DNA of 64,000 nucleotides from Mobula hypostoma (taxonomy: Eukaryota): the NCBI RefSeq assembly GCF_963921235.1, contig NC_086110.1, forward strand, positions 9,238,001 to 9,302,000, in the 5' to 3' direction. Shown here piece after piece: positions 36,576 to 48,039 of the stretch. The translations under genes and the position numbers were made by a program. The notes under the pieces are model-generated. The model ran no database searches. It worked only from the letters and a program-made list of their open reading frames with translations, and was not told where the DNA came from. The stretch's first letter is position 1. Each line of letters starts with the position of its first letter.

Positions 36576-36789
36576 CTCCATCAGAATGGATCAAAATAGA
36601 ATGTATTTAAAATGAAACCTAATAAACCATAAAGGAGACAAACTCGCAGACACGGACAAATGCACTTTCATACATTTAAACATTGATGTGAATCACAGAA
36701 ACACGTACAGCATCACCTTTGATGTACACAGCAGTTTAACATTATCAAATGCAATCGATGGGGTTTTGAAATAATATAAAGTGTTGTAT
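36576..36789 (-). pseudogene. TM-coding exon of gene 4 (Arg-containing TM), stops and mutated donor
   Basis: Acceptor ttgtttaactgtttAG at 36791-36790; 214 nt phase 1/2; CLRVCLLYGLLGFILNTFYF at 36652-36593; ends TGA TGG AG like the 8652 TM exon but the donor is GA instead of GT. Confidence 0.5.
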
Positions 36790-36799
36790 CTAAACAGTT

Positions 36800-38715
36800 A
36801 AACAAAAAGCAAATTCCAATGAGCGCGATTTTGTAGGAAGAGGCGGAGATTTCGGGACACACAATTGGTATGTTGCCTCCCAGATGCCAGGATCAATGAG
36901 GTCTCGGGTCGCGTCCATGGCATTTTGGAGGTGGGGGAAGGGAGGAGCCAGATTCCTGGAATATATTGGTACCAATGACCACAGGAAGGAAAAGCAAAGA
37001 GGTCCTGAAGAGAGAATCTAGGGAGCTAGGCAGAAAGCTGAGAAGCAGGACCTCTGGGGTAGTAATTGCTGTATTGCTGCCTATGCCACGAGCCAGGACA
37101 GTAGAAATAGGATGATTTGGCAGGTAAGTACATAGCTAAAAGCTGGTGCAGGGGACAGGGATTAACGTTCATGTATCATGGGGATCTCTTTTTGAGGTAT
37201 GGCCTGTAGAAAAGTGCCTGATTGCACCTGAACCCGAGGGGGTACAATATTCTCACAGGCAGGTTTGTGAGAGCTGCTCGGGGTTGTTTAAACTAATTTG
37301 CGAGGGGGTGGTGGTGGTGTGGGAACCGAAGTGAAGTGGCTCAGGATAGGTCGGTTTGTAAAAAAGCAAAGAAAGCTTGCAGTCAGACTCTAGGGTAGGG
37401 CAAGCAGATGATAGGACAAAATTGCAGTCAGCAGGGTGATTATCAGTACATTAGGGATACAGAATCAAAAAGGGTAGTGAATACAGTAATCAAAGTGTTA
37501 TATCTCAATAGACAGAGTATAAGAAATAAGGTGGACGATTTTGTTGCACTCAACACAGTAGCCCCTCAGAGCTGTGTACTAAGTCGCCTCCTTCACTCCC
37601 TGTTTACCCATGACTGTGTCGCCACCCACAGCTCTAATCTGCTAATTAAATTTGCCGACGATACTACATTGATTGGCCTTATCTCAAACAATAACAAGGC
37701 GGCCTATGGAAAGAAGTCATTTCTCTGACACAGTTGCGTCAAGAAAACAACGTCATAAAAACAAACGAGCTAGTTATGGATTACAGGAGGATAGAGACGG
37801 GCCAACCCCTATTGACATCAATGGGGTTGATAGGGTAAACAGCTTTAAGTTCCTCAGCATCCACATCACCGAGGACCTCACGTCACCTGTACACACCAGC
37901 TGTGTGGTGAAAAAGGCACACCAGTGCCTCGTTCACCTCAGACGGTTGAGGAAGTTTGGTATGGGTCCCCAAATCCTGAGAACTTTCTACAGGGGCAGAA
38001 TTGAGAGCATCCGGACTGGCTGCATCACTTCCTGGTATGGGAACGGGACCTCCTTTAATCGCAGGATTCTGCAGAGAGTGATGCGGACAGCCCAGCGCAT
38101 CTGTAGTTGTGAACTTCCCATGATTCAGGACATTTACAAACATAGGTGTGAAAAAAGGGCCTGAAATATCATTGGAGACCCGAGTCACTCCAAGCACAGT
38201 CTATTCCAGTTGGTACCATCTGGGAAACAGTACTACAGCATAAAAGCCAGGACCAACAGGCTCCGGGACAGCTTCTTCTTCCAGGCCATCAGACTGATAA
38301 ACTCACGCTGATTTGAGTGTATTTCTATGTTACACTGATGGTTCTATTTATTATAAATTACTATGATTGCACAGTGCACATTTAGACGGAGACGTAACGT
38401 AAAGATTTTTATTCCTTGTGTATGTGAAGGATGTAAGAAATAAAGTCAATTCAATTCAATACAGATTGCCAGGTATGATGGTGTGGCCATCACTGAATCA
38501 TGGCTGAAGGATGGTTGCAGTCTGGAGTGGAATGTCCAAAGTTACACCTTGTATGAGAGGGCTAGGAAGGCAAGCAGAGAGAGAGTGGCATGGATTTACT
38601 GGTAAAAAATGGCATCAAATCAGAAGAAAATTGTGCCATAGGATCGGAAGATGTTGAATCCTTGTGGGTTGAATTAAGAAACTGCTAGAGTAAAAGAAAC
38701 CTGATGGCAGTTATA
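36800..38715 (+). mobile_element. CR1 ORF1/endonuclease fragment with nested L2-like 3' fragment (37550-38460)
   Basis: IGTNDHRKEK esterase; VLYLNRQSIRNKVDDFVAL resumes as QIARYDGVAITESWL after an L2 piece (LIKFADDTTLIGLI...KKAHQCLVHLRRLRKFG) ending (aattc)n. Confidence 0.85.
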
Positions 38716-39638
38716 ATGTCACAACCACCGATTCGGCAGCGCAGCAGATACGGCAATTGCGCTTGTGAATTTGCACGTGTCAGCTAATTATAATTTCATT
38801 GTGATAGTATTTAGCTCCATTCATTCTGTTGCAGTATTTGTCGAGACTTGAACCCAGCACAGCAACGCTTCGCTGCCTGCTTGCCTAAAAAAGTTGGACT
38901 GTCCAGTCAAGTGACTCTGAAGACTAGCGGTATTGGTTTTATATTTAGTTATTCCTTTCAGCTGCAGTGTAGGCTTTGTTTTCCATTTGAGAGTTTTAGT
39001 TAATATCTCTGTTTGGCCTGGAGTTTATTGTTTTCTTTTCCCTCTGACTCAGTTCGCACTAAAGTCTGGTAATGCACAGACATAGAAGAGGAGTTGCTAT
39101 TCTCATGTCAAGCAAGCTAAATTTTGAAAAAGTATTCGAAATGGGAGATAATGGGGGCAGATATATTCTGGTAAGGGGGAATATAGATGGAAATCCAGTT
39201 ACTTTATTGAATATATACGCACACCCGGAAGTGATACTAGTTTCTTCCAGAAAATTACTAATATTATGGTAATGGAAACAGAAGGTCTCTTGAAAAAGAT
39301 AGAAACAAAATAACCACTTGTGGAATTGGGACAATAGATGTAAGTGACCATGCACCTATATATTTATCTGTTGATTTTGACCTACAACCAAAGAATACTA
39401 TTTGGAAACTAAATTCAAGTCTACTCAATGATCCCTATTTTAAGGAACAAATGAAAAAAGAAATTGGTCCTTACTTAGAATTCAATGATAATGGAGAGGT
39501 TTCACCTCCCATTCGGGATACTCTGAAGGCTGTCTTAAGAGGGAAAATTATAGCGAAATCTTCATATAAGAAAAAATAAGGAATAAAACATTAGAGGAAT
39601 TACAAAATAAGCTGAAAGAACTAGAAAAAACACACAAA

Positions 39639-40151
39639 CAACAGGAATTCTGCAGATGCTGGAAATTCAAGCAACACACATCAAAGTTGCTGGTGAACGC
39701 AGCAGGCCAAGCAGCATCTATAGGAAGAGGCGCAGTCGACGTTTCAGGCCGAGACCCTTCGTCAGGACTAACTGAAGGAAGAGTGAGTAAGGGATTTGAA
39801 AGCTGGAGGGGGAGGGGGAGATGCAAAATGATAGGAGATTACAGGAGGGGGAGGGATAGAGCCAAGAGCTGGACAGGTGATAGGCAAAAGGGGATACGAG
39901 AGGATCATGGGACAGGAGGTCCGGGAAGAAAGACGGGGGGGGGTGACCCAGAGGATGGGCAAGAGGTATATTCAGAGGGACAGAGGGAGAAAAAGGAGAG
40001 TGAGAGAAAGAATGTGTGCATAAAAATGAGTGACAGATGGGGTACGAGGGGGAGGTGGGGCCTAGCGGAAGTTAGAGAAGTCAATGTTCATGCCATCAGG
40101 TTGGAGGCTACCCAGACGGAATATAAGGTGTTGTTCCTCCAACCTGAGTGT
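39639..40151 (-). mobile_element. Penelope-derived insert carrying a hammerhead motif, 10-bp TSD
   Basis: AACACACAAA duplicated at 39629-39638 and 40152-40161; insert matches the Penelope 3' end at 56400-56885. Confidence 0.85.
39734..39769 (-). ncRNA. Minimal type-I hammerhead ribozyme motif
   Basis: Minus strand AGUC CUGACGA A GGG UCUCGG CCU GAAA C GUC GACU: conserved CUGANGA and GAAA core, stem I AGUC/GACU, short stem II, GUC cleavage triplet, palindromic ACGU stem III. Confidence 0.7.
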
Positions 40152-42185
40152 AACACACAAATTGAGTTTGGCCCAGGATACAATAGAGGAAATTTTAAAA
40201 ATTAGGAATGAAATTAATAGTTTGCCTACACAAGAAATTAGAAAAAAATTAATGTTTCTGAAACAGAGACACTATGAGAGTGGATCTAAATCTATGAAAA
40301 TACTAGCATGGAAACTGAAAAAAAAGATAGCAGAAAATACAATTCATAGAATTAGGGATCCAAGAACAAAAGTGATTTAAAAAAAAACTAAGTGAGATTC
40401 AAGAAACCTTTGAAATGCTTTACAATACTCTATACTCCAAAGTTCCAGGGGGAAGCATAACCCAAATTGACACCTTCCTGAATTCTTTAGAGTTACCCAT
40501 TTTAAGCAAAGAACAAAATAGAATGATGACTGCTGACATGACTGAAGCTGAACTAAAAACTGCAATTAGTAGGCTTAAATTAAGCAAGTCACCAGGATCA
40601 GATGGCTATACGGCAGGTGGTATAAAGAGTTTAGAAGTGAGTTAATTCCTGTTTTACTCCCCACACTGAACTGGGCTCTAAGAAAGGCGCAAATGCCACC
40701 CATCTGGAAGGAGGCGATAATCTCAGCTATACCGAAAGAAGGCAAGGATAAAATGGAATGTGGGTCATTTAGACCAATATCTGTTCTTAATGTGGATTAT
40801 AGAATATTTACCTCCAACATGGCCAAACGATTAGAAGAATTTCACTGATACATAATGATCAGACAGGTTTTGTACAATCATGCCAAACACAAGACAATGT
40901 ACGAAGGACACTTCACATTATGGATCATATTAAAAAAAAATGAAATTGAAGCAATAGTGCTAAGTGTGGACGCTGAAAAGGCATTTGATTCAGTTAATTG
41001 GAATTTTCTTTACAGAGTTTTACATAGATTAGGTCTACATGACACAATTATTAAAACTACACAGGCAGGCACTATACGACAATCCTACTGCCAGGATTAA
41101 AATCAATGGATATTTATCTAATAGTTTTACCCTAGAAAGGGGCATGAGACAGGGTTGTGCATGGTCACTGCTACTGTCCGCGTTATATCTGGAACCATTA
41201 GCTCAATACAGGGGATATCAGGGAAATTACTATTAAAGGGACAGAGCATAAATTGGCCTGTTACACAGATGATATTTTGATCTATCTAGGGCAACCAACA
41301 TACTCTTTACCTAAATTGATGTAATCCTTTGAACAATATGGCCAATTATCAGGATACAAGTTCAACATAGATAAAACCCAACTACTTTCATAAAACTATA
41401 GCCCACCAACAGAAATTTAAAGTAGATATCCTTGGGCATGGCAAACACAGTCCGTCAAATATTTGGGCATCATTATGCCAAAAGATTTGGCAAAATTATC
41501 AGAATGCAATTATCAGCCTATATATAAAAAAATTAAGGAAGATATAACAAAATGGAACCTAATTCCTTTTCTTGGTCTCGGTTCAAGGATTGAATGTATT
41601 AAAATGAATATACTACCTAGACTACTATATCTCTTTCAGACCATACCAATAGAGATTAACCAAAATCAATTCAATGAATTGAACGAGATGCTATCAAAAT
41701 ATATATGGCAAGGTAAAAGGCCTAGAGTTTGTCTCAAAACTTTACAATTAGCCAAGGAAAAGGGGGGATGGGGCCTACCTTCTCTTAGAGATTATTAATT
41801 TGCAGCACAGTTGAGAGCTGTGCAACCCATCATATGATGCTCAATGGAAAAACATTGAGGAGAGGATACTTTCCATCCCCATACAGGCAATTTCAGCTGA
41901 TAATAACCTACAAAGTTACATAAATACTGTTGATAATCCATGGGTGAAAAGGACTCTTAAAATATGAAAAACTATTACGTAGTTTCATTCTTTCGATTGT
42001 TCTTTCTTTCTTCTCCTTTCTACAAGTGTATACCTCAGATAAATATTATGTGGAGATATGTGACAAATGTTATTATATGATATATATGTACAGTATCTGA
42101 AATACATCTTATGGAAATGTTTGTTTGATAATGAAATTCAATAAAAAATAAATTACAAAAAAAAAGAAAAGGGGATGAGTGGAAA

Positions 42186-44700
42186 ACAGATTTCAACACC
42201 TCTAATGGCCGCTATGAGTACTGGTGATGCCTTTTGGTCAGGCCAATGTCCCCGCTGTCTTCCACGCCTTAGTTAACGATGTGCTCAGGGACGTGTTGAA
42301 CCAGTTTGTTATTTAGATGACATCCTTATCTATTCCCGCTCTCATCGGGAGCAAGTCCAACATGTCCGGAGAGTACTCAGAAGGCTTGTAGAGAATAATC
42401 TTTACGCCCAGGCCGAAAGAAAGTGAATTCCAAAAAGACCAGGTGTTGTTTTGGGGCTATATACTTGCCCCTTTCAATGTTCAAACGGACCCTAGTAAAG
42501 TTCAGGCAGTTATAGAGTGGCCCAACCCATCTACAGTCAGACAGATGCCGGTCTGAATTCATAGGGGTTTACGAACTTTTATCGCCGCCTCATCCAGAAT
42601 TTCGTCTCTATCGCAGCTCCGATAAATGCACTCAACCAAGAAGACCTCGGTACGATTCCTTTGGATGAATGGTACCGACCAGGCATTTTTGGAGCTGCCC
42701 CATTGCCGCAACATCCAAACTCATCACAGCTATTCATTGTCGAGGTGGATGTATCCGACGTAGGCATTTGAGCTGTCCTCTCTCATTGCTTGTCTGCGGA
42801 TAGTCCACTGCTGTCATGGTCCCATCTGGCAATTCCCCATCTTGTTATTATCTCTTTGATTGGGCCTTAATCCCCTCGTCTGATTTCCAATCATTCCCAG
42901 TTCCACTAATTACAGCACACCTGGTTCCCATTAGCGAACATAGGACAAAACTCAGGCGGCAGAGCATGCTTTGCCAATTCGTTAGTCGACTCTAGTGTGA
43001 GTAAAACTCGTTTCCTGATTCCTTGGGACTGTCAGTTCTAAGCTCCGCATCATTTCCTAGATACTCTCCGTGAACATTGTCTCCATGTAAAGATACTCCT
43101 GGATACTGGTTCCCCATTCGCGTCGGTACTAACACCTCATGACTGTACTTCCGCACCTGTGTCCTACACTTCGGTTCATCCTTAGCCTCGTCCTTGCAAC
43201 AGCTGCACTCTTGTGCCTTTCTTTCCCGTCGCTTGACTCCGGCCGAGAGGAATTACGATGTTTGGAACCGGGAACTTCTGGCTGTCAAGGAAGCCCTGGA
43301 GGAATAGCGACGCAGGCTGGAGGGGGCAGAATATTCATTCTTGGTCTGGACAGATCACCAGAACCTCTCCTACATTCAGGATGCAAAGAGACTCAACCCT
43401 CTACTCCACACGGTTCAATTTCATCCTCGCCCATCGTCCCGGCAGCAAGAATACAAAGACCGACGCGCTCTCCTGGCTGTTCAATGGATCTGAGGTCAAT
43501 GCCGATCCACACCCATTCTTCCTCGCTCATGTACTGCTGCTCTGGTGATCTGGAGAATAGAGACAGAGGCGAGGGCCGCCCAACAGTCGCCCCCAAGCCC
43601 AGATGAGGGACCTCCCAATCGGCTGTTTGTACCTGATGTGGTGCATTCCAAAGTGTTGGAATGGGGTCACTCCTCCCATCTAGTTGGACAACCGGGAATT
43701 CAATGGACCCAGGAGTTTTTAAAGAGTCAATTCTGGTGGCCATCTATGTCCCAGGATGTCCACGACTTTGTATCTGCCTGTTCCACCTACGCTCGCAGCA
43801 AGACATCACGCCAGCGTCCTGTGGGTCTCTTGTGTCCACTGCCTTTGCCCCACCGCCCCTGGTTCCAGCTTTCAGTGGAATTCATCATCGGGCTGTCCCC
43901 GCCTAATGGAAAAGCCACAATTTTGGTCGATGTGGATCGATTTTCCAAGGCTGCACACTTCATTGCCCTCCCCAAGCTCCCATCAGCCCGTGAGACTTAT
44001 GGTTCAACATGTGAGCAAGCTCCATGGCTTTCCTCAAAACATAGTGTCTGATCGTGGATCACAGTTCACTTCCCGCTTTTAGAAGGCTTTCTACTCTCTT
44101 GTAGGAGCCACGGCCAGCCTCTCGTCTGGTTTCCATGGCTAATGCAATGGTCAGACCGAAAGAGTGAACGGGAGGTGGAGGCAACCCTGTGTCCTGGAGC
44201 TCCCAACTGGTTTGGGCAGAGATCGCCCACAATAACATTCAGTCGTCTTCCACTGGTATGTCTCCCTTTGAATGCTGGAAGGGATTTCAGCCCCCTCTCT
44301 TCCTTCATCAGGAGATTTATGTAACAGTTCCGGCTGTTGAATAGCTGATCCAGCGCTAGAAGCGCACCTCCAGACCAGCCGGGGCTTCTCTGCTGCGCGC
44401 CCAGAAATAGCATTCCCGGCAGGCTGATCGGCTCCGTCGAGAGGTAAGGCCATTCAAGCCAGGAGAGGAGGACTTCTGAAAGTCGAGAGCGGCAAATTGG
44501 CACTGGGCTACTTGGGACCGTTTGTAGTGAAAAGTCTGTCGACAAGCTGTCGTAAAGATTGTTTAGCAGCATCCCTGAAGACCAGCCAGTGTTCCTTCTT
44601 TTCCAGCTCAAGCCGGTTGCTGCCTCACCTCTGGTCTGAGTCACACCACCTGGTAGATAATTCCCTTGTTTATACGGCGCAGTGCCTCCTGGCATATTGA
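42186..44700 (+). mobile_element. Ty3/Gypsy internal fragment (RT remnant, RNase H, integrase), decayed
   Basis: YECLVMPFG-like, [41 protein letters not shown]...VDRFSKAAHFIALPKLPSARET, VSDRGSQFTSRF. Confidence 0.85.
42812..43201 (+). mobile_element. Solo LTR nested in the RNase H domain, 5-bp TSD (ACTGC/GCTGC)
   Basis: TGTCATG...GCAACA termini; removal restores GAT AGT CCA CTG CAC TCT TGT GCC (DSPLHSCA). Confidence 0.8.
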
Positions 44701-45091
44701 TACACCAAAAGATCAAGGCATTTTGCTGTCTGTACAGGAATGAAATAGTGCTGAGGAGCTACCTACTGATTTCATAGCTTGGGTGTCATGGTGCAATGGA
44801 TACTTAAGAATGGTGCAGATTGCAAGATTCTTTCATTAGCAAATGGACTAGTGACATAATGTTCACAAGGCAACCACTGTACAAAAAACACTTATAGTGA
44901 TAAATGATAGAATTAATTAATTTTCATATACAAAAAATTTTGCAGCCGAATGACCGCTTTTATCTTGTCACTGTCATACTGTCAGAAAAAGAATCTTGTA
45001 CAAAGTGGTGAAATGATACTAGCTGAAGTAATGAACAGAAAGTGAAACATAGGATGAGGTGTGCAATTTGTTGTGATGTGGGACAGGTCAT
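44696..45091 (+). repeat. ~395-bp direct duplicate of 52692-53085
   Basis: Collinear, roughly 90% identical by eye. Confidence 0.95.
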
Positions 45092-46199
45092 ACTGAATGG
45101 AGAGTGCTAAAAATGTCCAACCCATTTGGGAGTTCTCTGTGGTGTGAGACTGATTTGTTTTCCTGAGTTAGTCCCATTTGCCTGCACTTAGCCATAGCCC
45201 TCTCAGCCTTTTTAATGTGAGAACTTTCTCAAATGTATAAACTTTGTAATTGTATGCAACTTTTTCACTTCCTCTGGTACCTCATTCAGTATACCAGCCA
45301 CTATGCGAGAAAGTGGTGGATATGCATATTAGGTTCTGTTTATATCTTTGCCCTTCATTTTAAACATATACCATACCCTCTATATTTTGATTCTCCTGCC
45401 ACAGGGAAAATGACCTGTAACTATCCCAGTTATCTTTGCCCCTCATTATACTATAATTCCTAATAAGTTAATCTTATGACCTCCTTTGCTCCAAGGAAAT
45501 CATCCCGGCCTGTCTATTCACTGAAGCCCTTGGTTTCTGCAACATCTCTCTGAATCTTTTCTGCACCTTCACCAGTAAGATGCTTTGTGCAATAAAGAAA
45601 ATCTTCGCCAACTTCTCTACCTGTGTCACCACTTTCAGAGATCTATGCACCTGCACCTTTAGATTGCTATGTTCTACAAAACTCAAGAGCCATGGCACTT
45701 ATTTCTGCTTGATTTAACTTCCCAAAATGCATTACTTCAAAGGTCCAAGGGTTCAAAGGTATAATTTAATGTTAGATTTACTTCATATGTTTCAGTTAAA
45801 TTCCATGGCAGATGTTTATCAATTATTATGTACATAACTGGTCCTCCTTTTTCTCAGAATGGTAAAATGTCTTATCATAGTGTTCTTCCATTCGTTTTAC
45901 TACTTCTGCGCAGGCACTATTGCATCGCACCAATTGACAAGCTTTCTTCTTCTTGCCATCTGAGAGGAGGTAGAAGATCATGAAGGCGATACGCAACGAT
46001 TTAGGAACAGCTTTTCCACAATTAGATTTCCGAATACTTCATGCATCCATGATTTCCCCTCATTTTCCACTATTTTTGTTTTGTAATTTATAATATTTTT
46101 ATGTCTGCTGTATCGAAACAATAGATTTAACGTCGCATTCGTCAGTGATAATAAGCCTGAGATTCTGCCGAAGCTGGTAACACAAGAAAAACCTGATTC

Positions 46200-46382
46200 A
46201 GATTCTCCCAGTAGGAGCGCTGCAGGGCCAGCGCAATTCTGGTGACTGCAACAGTATCTGGTTTTTAAGTGGCGCTCTTCAGGAAGTGACGGAGATGCGG
46301 CGATACTGTTCTGGTGATGCTGGGTAATGTAGTTAAGTGGAAAACGTGTGCCGGAGTTAGAGGATTTGAATTGTTGTCTGGC
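46200..46382 (+). promoter_or_regulatory. OGFOD1 promoter/5' region (CpG-enriched, ETS motif)
   Basis: Local CpG enrichment 46130-46650; CAGGAAGTG at 46280-46288 just upstream of coding exon 1. Confidence 0.55.
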
Positions 46383-46533
46383 ATGAGCTTAAAGAGGCTT
46401 CGGGTTGAGTCTGAGAATGGGGGTCGAAAAAAGAGGCAGCTGAAACTGGAAGTTGCAGAATTCAATCGGTTGTTGCTGGAAACGAAGGAGAGAGTGAGCG
46501 AGGCCTGGAGTCGGGGGCTCGAATATTCACACG
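46383..46533 (+). CDS. OGFOD1: OGFOD1 (prolyl 3-hydroxylase) coding exon 1
   Basis: MSLKRLRVESENGGRKKRQLKLEVAEF...KERVSEAWSRGLEYSH aligns to human MNGKRPAEPG...KKEVMAEF...KKQVAEAWSRRTPFSH; donor G/GTAAGG, phase 1. Confidence 0.9.
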
Positions 46534-47683
46534 GTAAGGGGGAAGGGCCCCGGAGTCCGGGCTGCAACTCACAAGCTGCACAGAGGGCCATATCGCAACG
46601 GCATTCAAATCTGTGTGCACCTAGTCTGGGCTGACGTTTTATTGCCGAGAAATACATTTTTAAAAAGACGCAAGAAATAGATGGACCAGTGGACACAACC
46701 CTCCCGTGAGACTATTTCACCAACAATGTCACGATGAAACAGATGACTGATAGTTTATTCCTGCCTGATCTTTTGGGATAGGGAATTCCAAAGATTTATT
46801 ATACTCTGCATAATAAATCATTTCAATTCTAAACAACCAGTCATTTATTTTGATACTTCTGCCACTAGTTTCAAATTCTAAAGCTGCTTGTGATCTATTT
46901 TGCCAATCTGGCAATGTATCTTAGCAGAGCAGGCAGCATCTATTCCACTCCATGGATGTTGCCTGACTTGCTGAGTTCCTTCAGCATTTGTGTGTTGTCC
47001 TGGATTTCCAGCATCTGTAGAATCTCGTGTGTTTATCGAAGAATCTTGCATGATCAAATGAAATTTCTTCATTCTTCTAGTCTCTTTGGCATTGAATCCC
47101 ACAGATTTACCATCCTCTGGCTAAACATCCTCTGAGTTCTAAAGTTGTAATCTGTAGCTGTGCCCTCAGGTCCTATACTCTCCTATTATTGGAGACATTC
47201 TCTCCGCCTCTAGTCAATCTAGGCATTTCAATATTCAGTAAGTTTCAATGAGATGCCCTCACTCTTCTAAACTCCAGTGAGTACAGATCCTGAGTCATCA
47301 AATGCTCCTCATATATTAACCCTTTTGTTCCTGGGATGTTTCTTGTGAACCTTCTCTCTGGACCCTTTTCAATGCCAGCTTTCTGAGCTATGGGGCCCAA
47401 AATTGCTCACAACATTCCAAAGGTGGCCTGACCAATGACTCAGCATTGCATCCTTGCCTTTTTATTTTAGTTGTCTCAGACTGAGTGCTAACATTGCATT
47501 TGCCTTCTGTATTACTGACGGAATAGGGAACTCAATACAAGGACTTCCAGGTTTTTTGAACTTCTGGAGAATCTATCCTGGGCCCAACACACTGATGCAA
47601 TCATGAAGGCTTTGTTGTGAACTTGAGGAGATTCAGTATGTCAGTAAATACTTGCAAATTTCTATGCATGTACAGTACAGAGT

Positions 47684-47850
47684 GCTTTCAAATCTCTTAC
47701 TAGCTCTTCCTACGGTTAGTCCTGACGAAGAGTCTCGGCCCGAAACGTGGACTGTACCTCTTCCTAGAGATGCTGCCTGGCCTGCTGCATTCATCAGCAA
47801 CTTTGATGTGTGTTGCTTGAATTTCCAGTGTCTGTAGAATTCCTCTTGTT
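47684..47850 (+). mobile_element. Short Penelope-tail insert with mutated hammerhead, 13-bp TSD
   Basis: TACAGTACAGAGT duplicated at 47671-47683 and 47851-47863; AGTC CTGACGA AGAGTCTCGGCCC GAAA CGTG GACT (cleavage triplet GTG). Confidence 0.85.
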
Positions 47851-48039
47851 TACAGTACAGAGTATTCTGATTGATTGCATCACAGCCTGGTATGGACATG
47901 CCAATGCACAGGATTGCAAGGGACTGCAGAGGGCTGCAGAGCCAGTCAGTTCCATCATGGGTACAATCTCCACAACATAGATGCCATCTTCAATATACAG
48001 TGCCTCAACTAGACAGCATCTAACATTAGGAATCCTCAG

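Larger units (their letters stand above)
38720..42170 (+). mobile_element. L1/Tx1-like LINE, ORF2 decayed, poly(A) end
   Basis: EN (RRGVAILMS, GRYILVRG, TLLNIYA), RT ([22 protein letters not shown]), IKMNILPRLLYLFQTIP; AATAAA plus A-tail at 42140-42170. Confidence 0.9.

Noticed and set aside
44066-44716. 216-aa minus ORF and similar long GC-rich antisense ORFs (55645-56307, 43139-43606, 60953-61357)
   Set aside because: Shadow frames opposite Gypsy/Penelope coding sequence; no independent domain features.
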